From Halorutilales archaeon Cl-col2-1 (GTDB lineage: Archaea > Halobacteriota > Halobacteria > Halobacteriales > Afararchaeaceae): DNA of 64,000 nucleotides. This document shows positions 58,392-64,000 of this stretch, piece by piece. The stretch is from positions 1,856,001-1,920,000 of the forward strand of contig CP169074.1 in NCBI GenBank assembly GCA_041891055.1, read 5' to 3'. The notes under the pieces were generated by a model. That model had not been told where the DNA came from. It searched no databases and worked only from the letters and a program-made list of their open reading frames with translations. A program made the translations under genes and the position numbers. Position 1 is the stretch's first letter. Each line of letters begins with the position of its first letter.

Positions 58392-59546
58392 ATGTCGAGA
58401 ATACAGGCTCCGGTACGTGGTGTCTTCTTAGTCGCCATCGGAGCCCTTCTACTTCTATCCGGATCTGTCGTAGGTGATGCTGCCGCACAGACCACACAGC
58501 CGGATACAGATAACACTGTCACACGTCTCGATGTACGAGAGGACGGATCGGCGCGGTGGACTGTTCAGATACGGACACGTCTCGACACCGAGGAGACTTC
58601 AGACGAGTACAGAGCCTTCAAGTCGAGATTCCGTAACGACACGTCTCTCTACCTCGGTACCTTCCGGAGTAGGATGACACGAGTCGTCTCCGACGCGTCG
58701 AACACTACCCGCAGGGAGATGCGGGCTACCAACTTCACCGCTTCAGCGACTGTACAGGAGGTTCCCCGACGCTGGGGAGTAGTCACCTACCGTTTCACGT
58801 GGGGTAACTTCGCGTCCACCGAGAACGACCCCGTCGTAGTCGGAGACGTCTTCGAGGGCGGCTTCTTCCTCGCACAGAACGACAGCCTCCAGATGGAGCC
58901 ACCCGAAGGATACGAAGCAGTGACTGTCGAGCCAGAACCCGACAGCCGTGACGGTGACAGACTCGTGTGGAGAGGAAGACACGACTTCTCCGACGGGCGT
59001 CCACGCGTCGTCTTCAGGCCCGTTCAGGAAGAGGATTCGGCTACGGATAACCAAACTTCGACGTCGACCGGCGGTGATGGTGACACGACACAAACGGGGG
59101 AAGATACTTCGGACGGTTCGAATCGGGGTCTTCTATTCGTGGGGGTCGCTCTCGTCCTGATCGTGGCGGGTGCAGCCATCTACTACTACCGGAGAGAACA
59201 GGACAGCTCCTCGGAGGACAACGAGTCTGACACCAAAATCCAAGCCGACACTGAGACCCAGACCCAGACCTCGACGGCGGCGGAGACGGGATCGGGGACA
59301 GTCATGACAGACGAGGAACGCGTAGAGGCAGTCCTCGAAGCTAACGGCGGACGTATGCGTCAGGCGGAGATAGCCGACGAGTTCGACTGGTCTGCCTCGA
59401 AGACGTCACGTGTCATAGGAAAGATGGTAGAAGACGACTCGGTGGAGAAGCTACGTCTCGGACGTGAGAATCTCATCGATCTTTCGGGTTTCGACACCGA
59501 TGTCGATGAATCTGACTCAGACTCCGAACTAGGCTCCGAAGAGTAG
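58392..59546 (+). CDS. Membrane-anchored protein with an extracellular domain, one TM and a C-terminal HTH
   Basis: Signal peptide, DGSARWTV domain, TM, then TDEERV...GGRMRQAEI...WSASKTSRV...KLRLGREN wHTH; ATG at 58392. Confidence 0.82.
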   Translation: MSRIQAPVRGVFLVAIGALLLLSGSVVGDAAAQTTQPDTDNTVTRLDVREDGSARWTVQIRTRLDTEETSDEYRAFKSRFRNDTSLYLGTFRSRMTRVVSDASNTTRREMRATNFTASATVQEVPRRWGVVTYRFTWGNFASTENDPVVVGDVFEGGFFLAQNDSLQMEPPEGYEAVTVEPEPDSRDGDRLVWRGRHDFSDGRPRVVFRPVQEEDSATDNQTSTSTGGDGDTTQTGEDTSDGSNRGLLFVGVALVLIVAGAAIYYYRREQDSSSEDNESDTKIQADTETQTQTSTAAETGSGTVMTDEERVEAVLEANGGRMRQAEIADEFDWSASKTSRVIGKMVEDDSVEKLRLGRENLIDLSGFDTDVDESDSDSELGSEE

Positions 59547-59553
59547 TTTTCCT

Positions 59554-59994
59554 TCATGTCTCAAGTATCTCAACAAGATTGTCCTCGGGATCGCGGACGA
59601 AGAGTATACGTGTGCCGCTCTCTGTCGTCTGAGGCTCGCTGAGGGTCTCGACGTCGTCGGGTAGCCCCTTGTAGAAGGCGTCGATGTCGTCGACTTCGAG
59701 TCCGAGGTGTTTCGCGCCGCGTCTGTTGATACTCTCTGACCCTCCCTCCTCTATCTCTATCGGGTCGTACTCGACGAGTTCGATCCGTGCGTTCCCTGCG
59801 TCGAGATGGGCGAACCTCCCCGTCGCGTTGTCGACGTCGACGCCCTCGGAGAACTCCTTTCCCGAGACCGTGAACCGTGCGACGACATCGAGACCCAGTA
59901 CGTCTTCGTAGAACTCGACCGCGCGTTCGAGGTTCTCGACAGTCACGCCGAAGTGGTGGGCTGTCAGATCGGGCTTCGACTCGGATTCGGTCAT
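59554..59994 (-). CDS. VOC (glyoxalase/bleomycin resistance) family protein
   Basis: HHFGVTVENLERAVEFY, IELVEY, KHLGLEV, RDPEDNLVEILE. Confidence 0.92.
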   Translation of the reverse strand: MTESESKPDLTAHHFGVTVENLERAVEFYEDVLGLDVVARFTVSGKEFSEGVDVDNATGRFAHLDAGNARIELVEYDPIEIEEGGSESINRRGAKHLGLEVDDIDAFYKGLPDDVETLSEPQTTESGTRILFVRDPEDNLVEILET

Positions 59995-60082
59995 GTCTAC
60001 GGGTTCGGCACGAACCCGCTTCGTTCTTGCGGATCAGAAGACAAGAGATAAAAGACACAACTCCGAATTTGAGACTGCGAGA

Positions 60083-60167
60083 GCGTGGGTAGCCAAGCTA
60101 GGCCAACGGCGCAGCGCTTAGGACGCTGTCCCGTAGGGGTCCGCCGGTTCGAATCCGGTCCCACGCA
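60083..60167 (+). tRNA. tRNA-Leu (anticodon TAG)
   Basis: Acceptor GCGTGGG/CCCACGC, anticodon arm CAGCG-CTTAGGA-CGCTG, long variable arm, T loop TTCGAAT, discriminator A. Confidence 0.95.
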
Positions 60168-60335
60168 GTTTTTCTGAGTGAAACGAAGAAAAACGAGTAG
60201 GAGCGGTATTCGAACTAAAGAACAAGCGACAGCGAAGTGACTGAGGTTCGAATCCGGTCCCACGCATTCGAACGAAGTGAGGATCGTGGGACAGGGAACA
60301 TGAGTGACCGTGTCCCGCGCATACGAACGAAGTGA
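60146..60335. repeat. Iterated direct and inverted copies of the tRNA-Leu 3' end with CGAAGTGA motifs
   Basis: 60146-60167 equals 60245-60266; 60257-60280 resembles 60312-60335 (2 mismatches); inverted copies ATTCGAAC 60208-60215 and CGTGGGAC 60285-60292. Confidence 0.88.
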
Positions 60336-60341
60336 AGGTTG

Positions 60342-60929
60342 TCACGCTTCCCGAACGTCGACTGTGAGTTCCCAGTCAAAGAGTTTCTCAGAGCCTCGGA
60401 ATCCGTGGTGGTTCTCGAAGGTGTACTCTCGCGTAGGTATACATCCCTCGTTGCCGTAATGCCCCCATACACCGTACTCCTCCCGTATAGACTCGCCCGG
60501 CTCGATCGTCTCGTACTTGGCTACGGTAGGGCTTTCGGTAGGTCTTTCGGGTTCGGGAGGCTTCCAGCAGTCGTCCGAGATCTTGGTTTTGTCGGCGTCG
60601 ACGCGAACCAGTAACAAGCCGGGATGTGTCTGTGTGCTAACAGTAGTGAATACTCTTCCTGACGACGTGTTGATCTCCATCTCGGAGTCTCTCTGGTTCG
60701 TCAGGCTGATCCGCAGTCGAGCCGTCTGGTCGGTGTCGATCCTCGACCGTAGGACTTCAGTCTCTACCGAGACCCCGAACTCCGATGACGACACGGTCTT
60801 TCCATCGGTCACTGATACCTCAAGCGGATACTCCGTATCCCTGCTGTCACCTTCTTGGCTACTCCTATTCGCCGTACATCCCGCGAGTAGAACACTGCCG
60901 TACAACGAGAGGAAGTTTCTACGGTTCAT
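60342..60929 (-). CDS. Tat-exported lipoprotein, function unknown
   Basis: MNRRNFL Tat motif, lipobox LAGC, Cys pair in the mature domain. Confidence 0.82.
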   Translation of the reverse strand: MNRRNFLSLYGSVLLAGCTANRSSQEGDSRDTEYPLEVSVTDGKTVSSSEFGVSVETEVLRSRIDTDQTARLRISLTNQRDSEMEINTSSGRVFTTVSTQTHPGLLLVRVDADKTKISDDCWKPPEPERPTESPTVAKYETIEPGESIREEYGVWGHYGNEGCIPTREYTFENHHGFRGSEKLFDWELTVDVREA

Positions 60930-60977
60930 ACTTCGTCAAAAATCTCTGCGACTAAGAGAGTTTCCCCGGATATTAAC

Positions 60978-62431
<1,454 letters not shown>

Positions 62432-62475
62432 CTTGGCTTAGCCACGGTTTTTAGGCGTGAGAACCTTCTGAGTCT

Positions 62476-63432
62476 ATGATCCGTCTCCCCGAAGAGACAG
62501 TCTCCGAGAGGTTCATGCCCACCGCCCGCGCCATGATCGCGCGTGACCTCGACGACAGAGGCATGACCCAGGACGAAATAGCCCGCGAACTCGGAGTGAG
62601 TCAGGCTGCGGTAAGCAAGTACGTGAGTCGCGACGCAGAGCTCGATCCCCTCTTCAGCAGTAACCGGCGTATGGTCGAGACCGTCGAGGAGATAGGCGAG
62701 GGTCTTTACCACGACGAGATCGACGGCTACGACGCAGTTTCACGTCTCCTGAGGCTTGTGCGCGAGTTCGAGAACAGGGGTCCGATCTGTGAGGCACACG
62801 AGGACGAGATGCCGTCTCTCAGAGGGAGGGGCTGTGACCTGTGTGTCTCCGAGCGTAACCCCGGCGAGAGACAGGCTGTCTCGAAGGTCAAAGCAGGCGT
62901 ACGCGTACTCTCCGAGACTGACGGAGTCGCCGACTACATACCCAACGTCGGGACTAACGTCGTGACCGCAGTCCCGGGTGCCGACTCTGTCGACGAAGTC
63001 GTCGGAGTCCCCGGACGTGTCTACGAGGTCAGAGGAAACGTCAAGATACCTGCGAAGCCCGAACTCGGCGCGTCTGAGAACGTCTCCGAGGTCGTCCTTG
63101 CCGCTCATCAATCTTTGATTGATGTGCCTGTTAATCAAAGATTAACAGACGCCAACTCGGTCGAGCCGTCGGTACGCGGCGGACTCAACTTAGCGACGAG
63201 CGACGACTTCCTCGGTGCCGCTGAGAACCGAGGAATCGAGACGGTCGAGTTCGACCCAGCGTACGAAAACAGGAAAGACCGTCTCACACGGGTCTTCGAG
63301 GACTCGGGAGTTCCCGAGGTAGTCTACCATACCGGCGGGTTCGGAATAGAGCCCATAACCTACGTACTCGGAGAGACAGCCGTCGAGGCGGCGGAGCTCG
63401 CCTCGGAGATAATAAGCAGTACCGAGGATTAG
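62476..63432 (+). CDS. thiR: ThiR-type regulator (HTH plus ThiN domain)
   Basis: MTQDEIARELGVSQAAVSKY HTH, ICEAH...CDLC, IPNVGTN, GVPGR, GGFGIEPITYVLG; divergent from thiC. Confidence 0.88.
   Translation: MIRLPEETVSERFMPTARAMIARDLDDRGMTQDEIARELGVSQAAVSKYVSRDAELDPLFSSNRRMVETVEEIGEGLYHDEIDGYDAVSRLLRLVREFENRGPICEAHEDEMPSLRGRGCDLCVSERNPGERQAVSKVKAGVRVLSETDGVADYIPNVGTNVVTAVPGADSVDEVVGVPGRVYEVRGNVKIPAKPELGASENVSEVVLAAHQSLIDVPVNQRLTDANSVEPSVRGGLNLATSDDFLGAAENRGIETVEFDPAYENRKDRLTRVFEDSGVPEVVYHTGGFGIEPITYVLGETAVEAAELASEIISSTED
63106..63150. repeat. AT-rich double-hairpin palindromic element in frame inside thiR
   Basis: CATCAATC-TTT-GATTGATG (63106-63124) and CTGTTAATC-AAA-GATTAACAG (63128-63148). 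Confidence 0.85.
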
Positions 63433-63438
63433 GGGTGC

Positions 63439-64000
63439 TCAGTCGGAGAACGAGCCGCGTATACGTCTCTCGGCGTCTTCGAGTGCCTCGTCCTTGTCAA
63501 ACCCCTCGACTATCCGTCGTAGCTCGTCGTCGTCGGCGTCCCGAAGTTCGTCGGCTATCTCGACCATCTTGGGGAACGCCCTTATCACGTTGTCTATGAT
63601 CGGAATATGGGACATCTGTGGCGACCTCGAAAGCGGATTGAGGTCGACGACTATCTCTGTCTTCCCCATCTCGACGAGAGCCTCACATCTGTCGCCGTCC
63701 TCAAGAGGTATCAGGACGACGTCAGCCTCGTATATACCGTCGGAGTCGACCTTCGATCTCTCGCTCGATAAACCAGGTACTCTAGCGTCGGCTTTCAGAC
63801 CTTTGACCTCGTCGGCACCGTGGTCTCTGAGATGTTCGGCTATCGCCTCTATCCTCTCTTCCGTCCTGTTGAAGAGGTTGACCTCAATCTCCGCACCGAC
63901 GGCTCCTGCGAGTTCGACCGTCTCGTCGGGGCAGAGAGCCGCGAGGTTGCCGTTCACGGAGATAACGGGCTTTTCGGCGAGTAACATCTCGGCTACCGCC
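63439..64000 (-). CDS. pps: 4-phosphopantoate--beta-alanine ligase, 5' end outside the window
   Basis: PVISVNGN, EVNLFNRT, ADVVLIPLEDGDR, DLNPLSRS, DNVIRA. Confidence 0.9.
   Translation of the reverse strand, partial: AVAEMLLAEKPVISVNGNLAALCPDETVELAGAVGAEIEVNLFNRTEERIEAIAEHLRDHGADEVKGLKADARVPGLSSERSKVDSDGIYEADVVLIPLEDGDRCEALVEMGKTEIVVDLNPLSRSPQMSHIPIIDNVIRAFPKMVEIADELRDADDDELRRIVEGFDKDEALEDAERRIRGSFSD

Noticed and set aside
60245-60266. Additional tRNA genes at the duplicated 3' ends (also 58293-58313)
   Set aside because: No D arm, anticodon arm or 5' acceptor strand
58213-60335. Provirus or integrative element between tRNA-Arg and tRNA-Leu
   Set aside because: Each repeat pairs locally with its own tRNA; there is no integrase or viral gene and no shared att pair flanking the interval
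60146-60335. CRISPR array
   Set aside because: The repeats derive from the tRNA, are few and degenerate with irregular spacing, and no cas genes are present

Overview
Core-genome window of a halophilic archaeon. The proteins are very acidic and the DNA is GC-rich, but ATA/AGA codons are heavily used and CTAG is not obviously avoided, which suggests a basal Halobacteria lineage such as Halorutilales (inference). It holds about 55 protein genes: an intein-containing Lhr helicase, thrB/ilvA/ridA, gatB, sucCD, the L39e-L31e-eIF6-pfdA-ftsY cluster, the rpoH-B''-B'-A'-A'' operon, an S-layer glycoprotein, chlID-cobN-cbiC-cbiE, rpl11, PINA, hemE, rtcA and thiC/thiR, plus tRNA-Arg(GCG) and tRNA-Leu(TAG). 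I saw no CRISPR array, integrase or transposase. The most unusual signals are small-scale. First, a 'gene 3' end, inverted partial copy, spacer, direct copy' architecture recurs behind both tRNAs and rpoA''. Second, an AT-rich double hairpin is inserted in frame inside thiR. Third, the S-layer gene looks mosaic, with a block of foreign codon usage and a coiled-coil stalk. Fourth, two apparent pseudo-enzymes are co-transcribed (degenerate KaiC-like ATPase plus a DEDD/RNase H-fold protein lacking catalytic residues). Fifth, three normally conserved archaeal operons are broken. All product calls come from motif recognition, without database searches.
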